Shown piece after piece: positions 23,208-36,064 of a DNA stretch of 64,000 nt; within the stretch, counting starts at the first letter, position 1; the number at the start of each line of letters is the position of its first letter. The notes beneath the pieces are model-generated. The model did no database searches. It was not told where the DNA came from and saw nothing but the letters and a program-made list of their open reading frames with translations. The stretch spans positions 62,001 through 126,000 of the forward strand of contig RSEE01000143.1 of NCBI GenBank assembly GCA_003971905.1, in the 5' to 3' direction. A program made the position numbers and the translations under genes. This DNA comes from Moniliella sp. 'wahieum'. Its lineage: Eukaryota.

Positions 23208-24223
23208 ATCCGAGTCGGAATGCCACCTCCTCCGCGTCCGCGCCTGCATCTGCATCTGCATCTGCATCGGCACCACCCCGTTGTTGAGCTGCTCAGCTCT
23301 ATGCGTCGCCACCCATGGGGGCTCGCACCCTCCAAGTCCAAAATTTTGGTCCTGTACCAAGCATGCAATACAGCCTTTAACCAGCATCTGATCTTTCTGA
23401 GTAAGGTAGGTAATGTATGCTCTGTCTCATCTCGGTACTCTATAGAGCGCCAGCGGGACGCTTTTGTCGGAAAGAGCGTCCAGCACCTTATTTTTCGCGG
23501 TATAGTTTCCTTCTGCCAGAGTGCTACAGCAGGGCCACGGGCCAGATGACCGAGTGGCGCGGGAAAAGAGGTCCAAAGGAAACGAATGCATTGACTTAAG
23601 CTAGGGCACGTGCGATAGACATGTGCGAATCGAAATCAATAGGTAGCGCATGTGGCAGGCACGCGGCACCGAAATCCCATCGACCGTTGAAAGTCCCGAA
23701 GGACCCAGTCAATCTGCCCTCCGTGCTTGGACTGAGCTCGCAAAGAAAGGACGAGTCAGGTCAAATCGGAGGGGCGTGGAGTTCTATGGCACTGCACTAG
23801 GCGGGAAGGCACAAGTGGGGAAGAGGGACGCGTAAGAGCAAGGCCGGAATAGGGCGAGCGGAGGCGACGCGGCCGCTCGGAAGGCGCAAGCAGGGGTGGC
23901 TGGTGGACGCTTGGATGGATAGAGGGCGGATGGTGGTGGGTTTGGGGGGCCCCAAGCTGGGGCAAGCAAAGAGGTGGCCGAACAACCGACCAGTCGGAAG
24001 GGGCGGAACAGGGCGGAATGGAGCGGAATGGGGGCCGGGTGCCCATTACAAATGGGTTGGAGGCAGAGGAGACTGGCGCCATGCGGCGGCGCGGGATGCT
24101 GGCCGCGTCGAGTCGAGGCTCGTCGCCGCCGTTGTCTGCTCGCTCGCTCCACCCGACCATCCCATCTACCCACCCGCCTGTACCACCGCCATCCCCGGGG
24201 ACGAGTTGGTCACCCCCTCAATC

Positions 24224-25016
24224 ATGTGTGCGTGCTGCCCCTGCGCTTCTTGCTCGTGCTGATCCGGCTGACCTCTTGTCCAGCGTCCGAATCACCCGCC
24301 CCCCCGCCGCACGCCCGAGTCGGTCATCAACCCCAAAAACGACACGCCCTTTCCGGCCAAGTTCCCCGTTATTGACAAGGACCCTCACTTCAACCGTGTC
24401 ATCAAGTTCTTCCGTGCCTCCGACTATGCCATGTGGGGGGGGCTCACTGCGCTCGTCCCGGGCCTTTTGACGTTTATGGGTATGTTTCTGATCGACCACT
24501 TGCTGCTGCGCAGTTGCCACGCTACGTCCTCGCCTTGTCCTGATCCCTCTTCCGCTTTTTTTCAGAGTACATTGACCCCACCCACGGTGGAACGGGACGA
24601 CGGTCGATCATCCGCATTGGCTGGTACGGTGGCGCTGCGATGGGTTTCTGCTGCGCGTACCAACGGAGCAGCTGTATGTATTCTTCCTCCCTGTTCCGAA
24701 AGACGTTGAGTGCTGTGGTGGAAGCTGACGGAAACTGACCCCCCTCCCTCCCCCTGACTGTGACTGAACACCAGACCGTTTCTTTGGCTGGACAGAGAAT
24801 GTGCGCGAAGTGGCCATGGCAAAGAAGGAGTGGGCAGATGCCAAGTTGCCTGGCGGGAAAAAGCCATGGGGCTACCGGGAGACAATGTTGTCGCCGTGGC
24901 TTCAAGGTGTAGCGTTCCGCAACTCGGTGTACATGGCCACATCGCTCAGTTTGTTCCCCATGTTCAACTTTACGAACCACCCCTACCACTTTGCCGATGA
25001 AGGGTTGGAGGGCTAA
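24224..25016 (+). CDS. NADH:ubiquinone oxidoreductase 21-kDa accessory subunit (NUXM/NUO-20.9 family)
   Basis: FPVIDKDPHFNRVIKFFRASDY, AYQRSS, RFFGWTENVREV, LSPWLQGVAFRNS and FPMFNFTNHPYH. Three introns, plus one frameshift in a C-run near 24300. Confidence 0.88.
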
Positions 25017-25915
25017 GTTGGGTGCGGGCCACCCCAGCACGCCACAACGGACGACAGCGAGGCCTAACGCATACCATCCCGTCTGTCCCCTCTCGATTGT
25101 GCGGTACCCAGACGTGCTCTTATTTTGCTGCGCGAAGGCCGAGCGGATCTGGCTCTCGCTGCGCCGGAAGACGTGCGCTGCTGCCCTTTGTCCTGATTTT
25201 GTCCGCCCTATCACCAAACGCCTTGACCCATGCGGATTGTTGATGCGATAGCCAGGCGACGCAGGCGATGAAGAAAGCGGGGGGAGGGCCACACGTGGGT
25301 GTGGGTGGGCAGCTCTGAATCGGATGCAGTTTGAGCACACAACCGCAGGTCTTGCTGCTGCATCGCTACAAAATAAAATACAGAAGACTGAAAGATTGAA
25401 TGGATCCACTGCAACATTGAAACTGCCCTGCCCACACCGGCACGGTGCGAGCACCCATGCAGGCCACCGGGCCACACTGGCGCCGCGCGGCTCGCTCCCA
25501 AGCCACAGCCGGCCGCAACCAGCACGCGGCGAGTGTGGGGGTCAAGTGCCGTCATCCATTGCATCATTAACACATGTCACAGGTCAGCATGTCCGTTGTC
25601 AGTTCCCAGCCCCAGCACGCACTAGCTCGCACTAGCTCCCCCACGCTCCCCCACATGCTCGCCTCCACTCGGCCCACGCATCACCCTCGCCATTACGACT
25701 GCCATCACCATCGCCATAACCATAACCACCGTCATCACCAACACCATTTTCCATCCATCCCCACCTCCCTCCTCATCTCCATCTCCATCCCCACCGCCAC
25801 CCCCTGGAAGCTGGAAACGTAACGCTGGACGGTGCCCCGTTGACCGCTTCTCCTCGCCTCGCCTGCCATCTCCGCTGGCTCTGCACTCGGCCTGCCCGCC
25901 CTCGTTTGGCCTCCG

Positions 25916-28900
25916 ATGGCGTCCGTGTCTGTGCCGCCTGCCACACCCACACCCACTCCGGCGCTGCCCGGCCTCGACGCATCCGTCGCCAACGCATTTA
26001 TCGACCATCTCGTCCATCTCACCACCTCCCTTACCCGCTCCTCGCCCCCCCCCAACCGCCTGCCGCTCATAACCATGAGCATGACCAGGACCATGACCAG
26101 GACCATGACCAGGACCATGACTCCAATCCCCCTCCCGCCATCCTCACCCTCATCACCCCCGCCTCCCCCGAGCTGCCCCTCACATTGGATACATCCCCGC
26201 CACCCTTTGCCACATCCCTGTTGACCGGCGACGCCCGCACCGCCCGCATCGAGACAGCCATCCGCGACCTCCACCACCGTCTCATCGCCTCCGAACGAGG
26301 TCACACGTCCCATCTCCCTTCCTCCCATCGGCGCCGCCACGCTCCCCTTCCCTTCGAGCCCGCACCTCCCACAGTGCAGGGCCGCCAACGCTTCCTCCGT
26401 CCTCTCCTTCCGCCCTCTCGTCCCATGCTGCCCCTCTGCCTCGATCTACCCCACCGGCTACCATGACTGCTCCTTCTCCAGCGGACGCTGCTAGTTCTAT
26501 CTTGCCCAGCTCGGCCATGCGCTGCAAGTCGTGCGGCCGCCGGATGTCAACGGCATTTCCTTACACGGTCTCACGCGCACCCCCTCAGAGCGAAGAATTC
26601 CTCTTTCTTACCCTCTCGCCATGGGCCCAGATGGGACCCCCTGTTGTTAGCCGGTGGCGTCCGGCGACGGAAGAAGCGTACCCGTTCCAGCGCCACGCAT
26701 GATGGCGACTCGGAACGTCCCCCCGCTCGTAGTGGCAGTGGTGTCGGCGATGAGGTTGGCTCGCATGAATATGAGTGGGAATATGGGCTCCCTCGCCCCA
26801 CTTCGTCCCATTCGGCCAGCCAATCTCATTCATCTGCGATGCGACGGAAAAACTTGTCGGATGGTTGGTCTGGTCTTCGCTCCTCCACCCTCAACCCCAG
26901 TGTTACTGGCTTGCACCGCACCACTACGCCAAGTTCGATTCAGACACGGGTTGGTATCGAGGTCCCTGACGAACTCTCGGAGACAGGCTCGCGCTCCTCC
27001 TTTGTCAACTCGGATGAGGACAGTGATGCAGTTGCCGATCCCATTGAGGCGTTCGGCGTTTGAGCGCTATTCGGACGAGTCGGGACTGTCGGCGCAGGAG
27101 GAACTGCGACTGCTCAAGGCGCAAGTGCAGGATATTGCTCGTGTATGCAAGGTAGGTAACCCTCTTTCCCGTCCTCCGTCCGAAACAAGATTTGAGTTGC
27201 TGACGTTGTATTCACTAGGCCGTTGCGTTTGGGGACCTGTCCCAACACATTACCATCCCCGTTCAAGGCCATGTCATGGTCGAGCTCAAAGATATCATTA
27301 ACCAGATGGTCGACACACTCTCCGAGTTCACCAAGGACGTGATCCGGGTATCGCTTGAAGTGGGTACGGAGGGCAAGCTGGGTGGTCAAGTTCAGACCCA
27401 GGGCGTGCAAGGCCGCTGGAAAGAACTGAAAGAGGTGGTAAACAAGTTGGCCATGAATCTCACTGAGCAAGTGCGGGGTGTTGCGACTGTAACCAAGGCA
27501 GTGGCTCGAGGTGACTTGTCTGAGAAAATTCACGTTGAGGCGGACGGAGAGATCCTCGAGCTCAAAGTCACCATCAACGTTATGGTCGAGCAACTGCGCC
27601 ACTTTGCCAACGAAGTCACTCGCGTTTCACGCGAGGTGGGTGTACGCGGCCAGCTGGGAAGCCAAGCCGTGGTCCCGGGTGTCAAAGGTGTTGGAAGAGC
27701 TTGACGGTGAACGTGAACCGAATGTGTTACAACTTGACCGAACAAGTCCGGTCCATCGGCATGGTCACTACTGCCGTCGCCAATGGCGACCTGACGCGTT
27801 TCATTGACATTGAAGCCGAGGGAGATGTTGACGCTGAAGGATACAGTCAACTCTATGGTTGCCCAGCTACGCATCTTTGCATCCGAGGTGGTGCGCATGT
27901 CGATGGAAGTCGGAACGTACGGGAAACTCGGGGGCCAAGCACTCGTACCCAATGCTGAGGGAACCTGGAAAGATCTCACGCAGAGCGTCAACAAGATGGC
28001 GGACAACCTGACGTCCCAAGTGCGGGAAATCGCTCGCGTGACCAAGTGCGTGGCCGAGGGCGTTTTGACCGATACATCAACGTTGACGCCAAGGGGGAAA
28101 TCCTTGACCTTAAACTGACTGTCAACAATATGGTGCGTCAACTCAACACCCGTCGGATGAGATCATCCGCGTCTCGGTAGAGGTGGGTACGGAGGGACAA
28201 CTCGGTGGCCAGGCGCACATCATGGGCGCAAAGGGCCAATGGCAAGTCCTTTCGGATGCTGTCAACGTCATGGCATTCAATCTCACAACGCAGGTGCGGT
28301 CCATTGCCGAAGTCACCACCGCGGTCGCTAGGGGTACCTGAGCAAGACAATCTCGGTCGATGTCCGCGGGGGAGATCCGAGACCTAAAACTTACTGTCAA
28401 CGCCATGGTCAAGTTCTTGCGCACCTTTTCGACCGAGGTGATTCGGGTCGCTCGGGAGGTGGGCACAGAGGGCCGTTTGGGTGGCTATGCCACGGTTTCT
28501 GGTGTGGGGGGCACATGGAAGGACCTGACCGAGTCCGTCAACACCATGGCCGGCAACCTGACCCTGCAGGTACGCACCATTGCGCATGCTACGACGGCGG
28601 TGGCGCGTGGCGACCTTTCGCAAAAGTCACCATCTCGGTATCGGGTGAGATGTTAGTAGATTTGGTTAATACGATCAACAACATGATCGATCAACTCTCC
28701 TTTTTTGCATCAGAAGTCACTCGTTCGCACGGGAAGTGGGCACCGAGGGACGCCTGGGCGGACGTGCACAAAAGAAGGATGCCAAGGGCAAGTGGGCGGA
28801 GATTACGGACAATGTAAACCAAATGGCGTCCAACTTGACGTCGCAAGTGCGTGCGTTTGCCCAGATCACAGCCGCTGCGACCGACGGGGACTTCTCTCGC

Positions 28901-31117
28901 TTTGTCACTGTCGAGGCATCGGGGAAATGGATTCTCTCAAGACAAGATAAACCAGATGGTCTTTGGTCTGCGCGACTCGATTCAAAAGAACCGCCGCTCG
29001 AGAAGCCGCCGAATTGGCCAATCGTTCCAAGTCCGATTCCTTGCCAATATGTCCCATGAGATCCGCACCCCGATGAACGGCATCATTGGCATGACCGCCT
29101 TGACACTGGAGACTGAATTGAGTCGCAGCCAAAGGAAAATTTGTTGACCGTTCGAGTTTGGCTGGCAACTTGCTGGCCATCATTGACGACATCTCGACAT
29201 TTCGAAGATTGAGGCTGGTGAATGACGGTGGATGAGGTTCCATTCTCGTTGCGGGGCATTGTGTCACCATCCTCAAGACCTTATCGGTACGTGCGACGCA
29301 GAAGAAACTCAACCTCCTCTACGAGGTGAGCCCCGACTGCCCTGATGCGCTTATTGGGGATGCGCTTCGCCTCAAACAGATCATCACCAACTTGATTGGC
29401 AATGCGGTCAAGTTTACCGAAGCCGGCGGGCACGTTTCGCTCAAGTGCCGTTTGACAGAAGTGGTGACGAAAATGAGTTCAAGCTCGAGTTTTGTGCTTC
29501 CGACTCGGGCATTGGCATCAAGTCGGAGAAGTTGGACTTGATCTTTGACACCTTTTGCCAGGCCGATGGTTCTACCACGCGCAAGTACGGTGGCACCGGT
29601 TAGGACTCAGTATTTCCCGTCGCTTGCCAACTTGATGGGGGGCGACTTGTGGGTCGAATCGCAGTACGGCCATGGGTCTGACTTTTCTTCTTTACCATGG
29701 TGGTTAAGCTTGATCGCCAACTGCTCTCTCCCGCTGTGCTGGCCAAGAAAGTCGAGCCGTACCGCGGTCGACACGTCCTTTTCCTTGATATGCTACACGA
29801 TACCACCGGCTTGATACCATGCTGCTCGACTTGGGCTTCAAAGCGACCACATGTCATTCCGTAGAGGAGGCTGCCAAGTTGGTCCATGCTGAACCTCAGC
29901 CTCGCCGTCGCAGCGGCCCAGCAGCGGGGGCTGACCGAAATCCTCAAGTGCTTCTGGTCTTTCCAAGATTCAGACCCAACCGGACGGCGCTGGCTTTTCG
30001 CACGGCGCGTACCACCCCATTACGATCCCCAGTCCGCATATTCGTCTACTCTTGATGCCCTCCTGGGTACGACGTGTCAGACTATGGCGCGATGGACCCA
30101 TGGCAGCTGTCTGGCGCTCATCCTACCGGGCCAGCGCGGTGTTAGATTCCCCCGCTTCGCCCACACTCTACTTCTAACTCTATCACCTATCCCCACGCCT
30201 ACCCTTACCTCACCCACGAGTCCCAGCACGGTCCCCCTTCTACCACCCGATGGACCCTCGAAGCCCGTGGGTCGTCGCCGACGGACGCTTACGCGCAAAA
30301 AGACGGAGGAGTATCCCCATATCGACGCCATCCTCGTGATTCGGTCGCGGCAGTGGAAGCGGTGAGAGAGGTGGAATCCTTGCGCTACATTCGATCAACC
30401 TGATTATTCCGCAGAAGAGCAACGTAACATGACCCTGCTCTGGACCGGGGGGTAGTTTCATGTACGACGAAACCAATGACCGCGAGTGGATTTGTACAAT
30501 GCGTTGTACCTTCGCTCGAATCGTCGGCCATGGTGCGGTCGACGAAGGCGGGTCAGAGGCCCCTATGACATTTTGCTCGCCGAGGACAACGAGGTCAACC
30601 AAAATTGGCGTGCAAGATGCTAGAGAACAAAGGACATCGTATCGAGGTGGTCCAATGGTGCCCAAGCCGTTCTTTCCGTCAAGGGAGCAAACCGTACGAT
30701 GTGATCTTGATGGACGTTTCGATGCCGGTCATGGGTGGGATTGATGCTACGGTGGCCATCCGTTCGTGGGAAGCAAAGATGGACCGAGAACCAGTCCCCA
30801 TCGTCTTAACCGCCCATGCCGTTAGGCGGACAAGGGTACGTATATATCTCTACCTTCCTTGCAGCTGGCCGTCTTGCTCCCTTTTGTACCTGGTACTAAC
30901 CTACTCCCCTCCTGACCCGAACCTCTCAAAGAAAAAGTCTGGAAGCCGGCATGAACGGGTACGTGTCCAAGCCAATTCGACGCAACGAGCTCATGACCAC
31001 CCTGCGCAATTGCTCGCCATAAACCCACCGTGGCTTCCCGAACTTTACGCTCGCGCGGGACCGGGAGCGCTGGCGAGGGAAGCACAGGCCCTCGTTCCAT
31101 CTCCACCGTCTGTCTGA
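25916..31117 (+). CDS. NIK1: Group III hybrid histidine kinase (poly-HAMP, HisKA, HATPase, receiver), Nik1/Os-1/Tco1 type; many frameshifts
   Basis: Six ~92-aa HAMP repeats plus a final HAMP (AVARGDLS...[11 protein letters not shown]). H-box [21 protein letters not shown]-box [17 protein letters not shown], and receiver LLAEDNEVN...[15 protein letters not shown]. Confidence 0.95.
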
Positions 31118-32240
31118 AGCCTTATCATCCAAGCTGTTTCGGACGCGGTAGCCATGGCTGCTGCCACCTCCATCTCTTCAAACCGTCCGCGTTGTAGCCG
31201 CCAGGCGAACAGCATGAAAACTGTATTTTTCCCTCCGGGCGGATCAGATCAGTTCCCCCTCCCCCTACCGCTCCATGCATCGCCCTCGTCTTTCCGCCTG
31301 AGTGCAATTGTTGGGGATTGTGGGGATGTTGGGGATTGTTGGAGGATTGGTGAGCACTGCAAGGGGTTGTTGGAGGTTGGTGGGATTACTTGGTTCCAGC
31401 AGATCCGCGTCGCTATCCACCCTTTTTTTTGTGTTATGCCACCGCCTTCTTCTGGCGTGGGCGTTTGATGTCGTGTGCCCTGAGTCTTGATCGCTTGATG
31501 CCTTGATTTCACTTCCCTAGCCCGTCCGGCGCGCCTGGAGTCATCGATGTTATCGCCGTCCAGATGGGCTCATCCGCGAAGCGGACGTTGCCTGTCTAAT
31601 ACTGTACCTGGCACCCACTACGTACGCACCTACATGGTGGTGTCCACATGTCCCCATGGCCCCCTGGCCCCAACCACCTCGGCCTGGACTTGCTTGCATT
31701 GCACGCTCCCCGAATGCGTGATACATCATGTGCTGATCAGGAGTGACTGGATGTTTTCCTTCTGCATCTCCTACTGTTCTATCCTCTTTTCTGTTTTCTC
31801 CTCTCTTCAGTTCTCCTATATTCAGTTCTCATCTTCTGTTCTCTCTTTCCCCTCCCTCCCCTCTCCTCTCCTCTCCTTTTCTCTTCTCCTCGTTGCTGTT
31901 TGTTTGTTTTGCTTCGCTTCGCTTCGGTACCACCTGCCACAGCCGTCTAGCCCAACGCGACACCTTCCTGTCTCACCCATCCCTACCACTACCACTGGAT
32001 GCCCCTATCATTGGGCTGGACAGGGCTGGCTTTTTTCCCTCTCCGTGTACTAGCCTACCTTGCCTTCTCTCTGCTTTGCGTTGTACAAGTGGACGATCCT
32101 GCCCGCTGGCGCTCATATCCCTGATGCACTAATGCTGGATGGCTGATGTCGAAGACTTTCGATGCCTCGGGACTGCATGCCTGTACTTGTACCCTTTGGT
32201 TGTTCGAACTACCGCAGCTGGGCGGAATTGCAGGCTACGA

Positions 32241-32358
32241 TGGGATGTCATGGGATGGGAGTCATGGGATGGGATGTCATGGGAGGATGGGATGGGATGT
32301 CATGGGATGGGATGGGATGGGATGGGATGGGATGGGATGGATGGGATGGGATGGGGTG
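32241..32358. repeat. (GGGAT)n pentanucleotide satellite
   Basis: Imperfect GGGAT array seen directly. Confidence 0.9.
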
Positions 32359-32599
32359 GGACGCGCGACGTGAGACCCTGGTGAATGGGGAATCGCGACT
32401 GGGTAGAACCTGGTACGGGGGATCTGCTACCAATACTTCCCCTGGGACGGGAGTGAAGAAAGGACTCGGAGGTGTTGAGGCAGGGATAGAGGAACAAAAC
32501 CAAAGACAACAATAATCTGAAAAAAAGGAACAGGAGCCTACCTTTATCACGTCCGCGGTCCAAAATTAGCAAAGAGGAGTGAGCTAGTGAGAAGTGAGA

Positions 32600-32771
32600 A
32601 CTGAGAGTGCAACCGTGCTCACGCTGAGTTCGTCAACGCACTGCCGATCAGGCCTGCTCTCAGGTGGCTTCTCATTGAGAGAGCCACTGGCGCTCACGCT
32701 TGGTTAGTCAATGTACTGCCGAGCAGGTCTGTGCGCTGGTGCTTCCCACTGAGAGAGTCTCTTGGGCTCAC
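32600..32771 (-). repeat. Tandem ~74-bp intron-like units where MSH6 homology stops
   Basis: On the minus strand, units start GTGAGC at 32771, 32697 and 32622 (spacing 74 and 75). Units 1 and 2 end TGACTAACCAAG-C and TGACGAACTCAG-C. Confidence 0.8.
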
Positions 32772-33817
32772 CTCGCGTCACCAAGGCGCCGTCTTTATTA
32801 AGCCCCTTACCAGCAAGCATGCCACGCGCCACAGCCGTCTCACATTGGTCCACGCGCCCCACCTTGTATCCGAGGCGCGAGGAACTTGGCTGCAAACAAG
32901 TCAAATGAGCTTTCCGGGACGCCGACCGTCTTCATTTTACGCGGTCGGTCAGCTTGAGATCAAATTCGCGATGGCCAATGACTGCGTCCTCCTCGTACAG
33001 TTCGTAAAACTTGCTCTTCTGGAAGAAGAGCACGGTGTCGTAATGGTCCTGCTTGATGCGCCAGAATTGCATTTCAAATGGAGAGAAGTCATCCCATGCC
33101 GAGGGCGGAATGTAGAGCGTACGCGGATCGTAATCAGGATCGTCCGGATGACGCCCATCTTTGTCGCGAAACCTCAACGAGGAACGAAAAGGGTTGCTCG
33201 GCCCAAATCGGTGTGGGCAAAGGACGCGCCGCGGGGGTCTACTGATCGAGTTAGTGCAACGCATTCAGGCATTATAGTGGTGGTGAGGGGGAGGAGAGGT
33301 GACGACGCACCGAACGTGGTAGGGACGGGTGAGGAGCTGGGCGTTGGCTGGTGCCAGTGCTGGGCGGGGAGTGTTGGCAGGGGCAGGAGGGCGCAAACGG
33401 AGGGCGTAGGTTCCAGCCTCTCTTCATCCGATTCGTGATCGCTAATTACGACATTTGGGCGCTTGGAGACCTGGTACGAGGCAGTGGAGGGGCGCTTGAG
33501 ACGTTTCGGCAGCTAGTAAGCAAGTAATACATGTCCGAACCATCCATCTGGGACAGAGGGCAGGGACACACTGATTGGCCATCGGAAGAGAAGGCGGTGC
33601 GGATGAGACCAGGTCGGGGGGCGAGTGGGGGAGGTGAGGCGGGGAGAGGAGCCAGAGGTTGCGGAGAGGGGTGGGCGAATGGGGGGGCGGATGGGGCTCG
33701 GCCGCGCGGTGAATGCGGGGGGCGGCCGGACGACGGCATGGGCGCGACGGAAGCAGGCGTGGTGGGGACTGTGCCAAAGAAGCCCAAGAGCGACTGCTGC
33801 TGGCTTTTGGGCGGCAT
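32772..33817 (-). pseudogene. MSH6: 5' part of MSH6 (PIP box + MutS domain I), truncated
   Basis: MPPKSQQQSLLGFF (PIP box), [25 protein letters not shown]...[48 protein letters not shown], then VGVPESSFDLFAAKFL and LGYKVGRVDQCETAVA. No recognisable continuation after LVTRE. Confidence 0.88.
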
Positions 33818-33974
33818 GGGGGGAGGGCTGGGGCACAAGCAGAAGGCGCCAGCTCGCCTCTGCCCCTGCGCTATCATAGGCTCCCCAAAAAGGTAAAACG
33901 TACTTAACCCCGGCACGGGCCACCGCCTCCCACGCGACGCGAGTCGCCGGCATCACAGGGTCACCAGTCCCACT

Positions 33975-34817
33975 TCAACGTTCAACCGTCCAATTGAACG
34001 TTCAATGTTGAACGTTGGTTGAGCGTTCCGCGTGCAACATTTCAACTCGAAGGTAGGGCAGAGGCAGACGCCGTGGACCAACTCGTGCTGCAAGTTGCAC
34101 GTTTCAACACAGGTTCAAACGGTCGTCCGGTCACCGGTCATGTTGACCGAGAACGCCCAGGCGGCCCAGGCGGTCAGGCTGACCGGTGAGCATTCAATGG
34201 GACCATCACCGGTTCATTCCCAGAAGCCCACTGGCCGTCATCGCGTCATCGACCATCGATCATCACCGATCACGCACATCACATGCTCCATGCATCACAT
34301 AAGCATCACACATCGCTGTGCAGGGGTGACGTCACACGTGATGGTCAGCCAAGTCCGGTCGTTGCGGCCTATACCTGGGAGCAGCGAGATCATTGAACGT
34401 TGAACAAGATGGCGCGATGATCAATGATTAATGATCGATGATCAATGACATGATGACGTGTCCGACGCAGCGCAGCACGTGGCAGTGTAGCGGGAGGGGG
34501 AGGAGTGGGGCAGGCGTGAGCGCGTGAGCGTGTGTGAATACTCATCGACATGGTCATCCTGAGTATCAGTGCTGCGTGTCATGCATCATGCATCATGCAC
34601 GGCATGCATGTGGCCAGCGTGGGGGAAGTGGAAGGGTGCGAGCCAAGCCGCGGCCAAGCTGCAAGAACGGGCCTGCGGTACGGCGCAGCGCGGAGCGCGT
34701 ACCAGGATGGTGGATGGTGGATGGTGCATGGGTGCATGGGCACGGACCGAGGACTGCGCAGCAAGCAGCGGCGCAGCAGGCAGCCGCACACAAAGGAGGC
34801 TCACCGGTCACCGGTCA
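33975..34817. repeat. Densest cluster of period-7 T(G/C)A-N4 arrays, in the MSH6 / Gly-rich gene intergenic region
   Basis: AACGTT units at 33975-34017 and 34394, ACCGGT at 34131, 34180 and 34801-34817, ATTAAT/ATCGAT at 34417-34449, ATGCAT at 34579-34599. Confidence 0.8.
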
Positions 34818-35511
34818 GGCAAGGTAGGATTTGCCGGTGGCGCGGTGCATCTCTGGTCTGTGCGCAGGCAGCCGGTGGGGGCACCCGGGCAGTGCTTAGC
34901 GTCTGGCTTCTCGCATCTCACGCTCTACCTTGCACGCCCCCGCGCAGCACCGCAGGCGCACCTGGCACGCGCCCGCGCCGTGCTGCGCTGCGGCGCTGCT
35001 GCACTCTGCGTCTGCTGCATGGGATCGATGACCTCTCCTGAGCGTGAGCGTGAGCGTGAGCCGGAGATGCAGCAGAACTTGGCGGGAGGGCCGTGCACAG
35101 CCCTCCCACGCGCGCCTGCGTCCCACCTGGGCCGAGAGCGGCGCACACTCGTGCACTCCCGTCGAGTCGGCCTGACGATCACCATTGTGTCACACACACT
35201 GCCCCCTCGCCGGCGCCTTGACATGCGACATGCTCCCCTGGGCCTTGCGCTGCCCTGCCCCTGCCTTCCCGACACCGGCTCCCCGCCCGCCCTGCCCGCC
35301 CCCGTACGCAGCCAACGCAGCACGTCCAGCGACCCCCCGCGGTGGTATTAAAGCGCTCCACCCCAGCCTTCCCATCCGGCGTTCTTCCCCCCCCCCCCAC
35401 GAGCTTTCCTAGCTTTCAACTCCCCCTTCGCCCTTCAACCTTCAACTCTCAACCTTCCGCTTTTCTCTCCTCCCCTCCGTTTCCCTTTCCACCCCTCGCA
35501 ACCACACCACA

Positions 35512-36064
35512 ATGTCCTACGGAGGATTCCCCGAACCCGGCGCGGGCGGCTACGGCCAGAACCAAGGCAACCAAGGCTACGGTGGCGAGTCGCAGTCGTA
35601 CCAGGGCGGCGCAGCGCAAGACTACGCGCGGCGGCAACGATTTCCAAGGCCAAGGCCAAGAGGGTGAGGGCGGTGACCGCGGTCTTGGCACCATGGCCTT
35701 GGGTGGCGTGGCGGGCTTTGCGGCGAACAAGGCGACGGGAGGCCAGCACGGTAACTTTGCTTCGATTGCTGGCGGTGCGATCCTCGCTGAGGTGGGCAAG
35801 AAGGTCGGCGAGCACATTCACGGCCGCTACGAGGAGCACAAGGCCAAGAAGGAGGAAGACTCGTATGCCTCGGGCGGCTTTGGCGGCGACAACAAGTACG
35901 GTGGCAACCAGGGCGGCTACGGTGGTAACCAAGGCGGCTATGGCGGCAACCAAGGCGGCTACGGCGGCAACCAGGGTGGCTACGGCCAAGGAGGCTACGG
36001 TGGCAACCAGGGCGGCTACGGCGGCAACCAAGGAGGCTACGGCGGCAACCAGGGCGGATGGTAA
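35512..36064 (+). CDS. Small Gly/Tyr/Asn/Gln-rich protein with a glycine-zipper segment and (GGNQGGY)n tail
   Basis: MSYGGFPEPGAGGYGQNQGNQGY..., one frameshift near 35625, then DRGLGTMALGGVAGFAANKATGG...IAGGAILAEVG and 21-nt coding repeats. Pyrimidine-rich leader, with TATTAAA at 35346. Confidence 0.75.

Noticed and set aside
27100..28950. ~276-bp tandem repeats as a satellite or mobile element
   Set aside because: They are the coding HAMP repeats of the group III histidine kinase.
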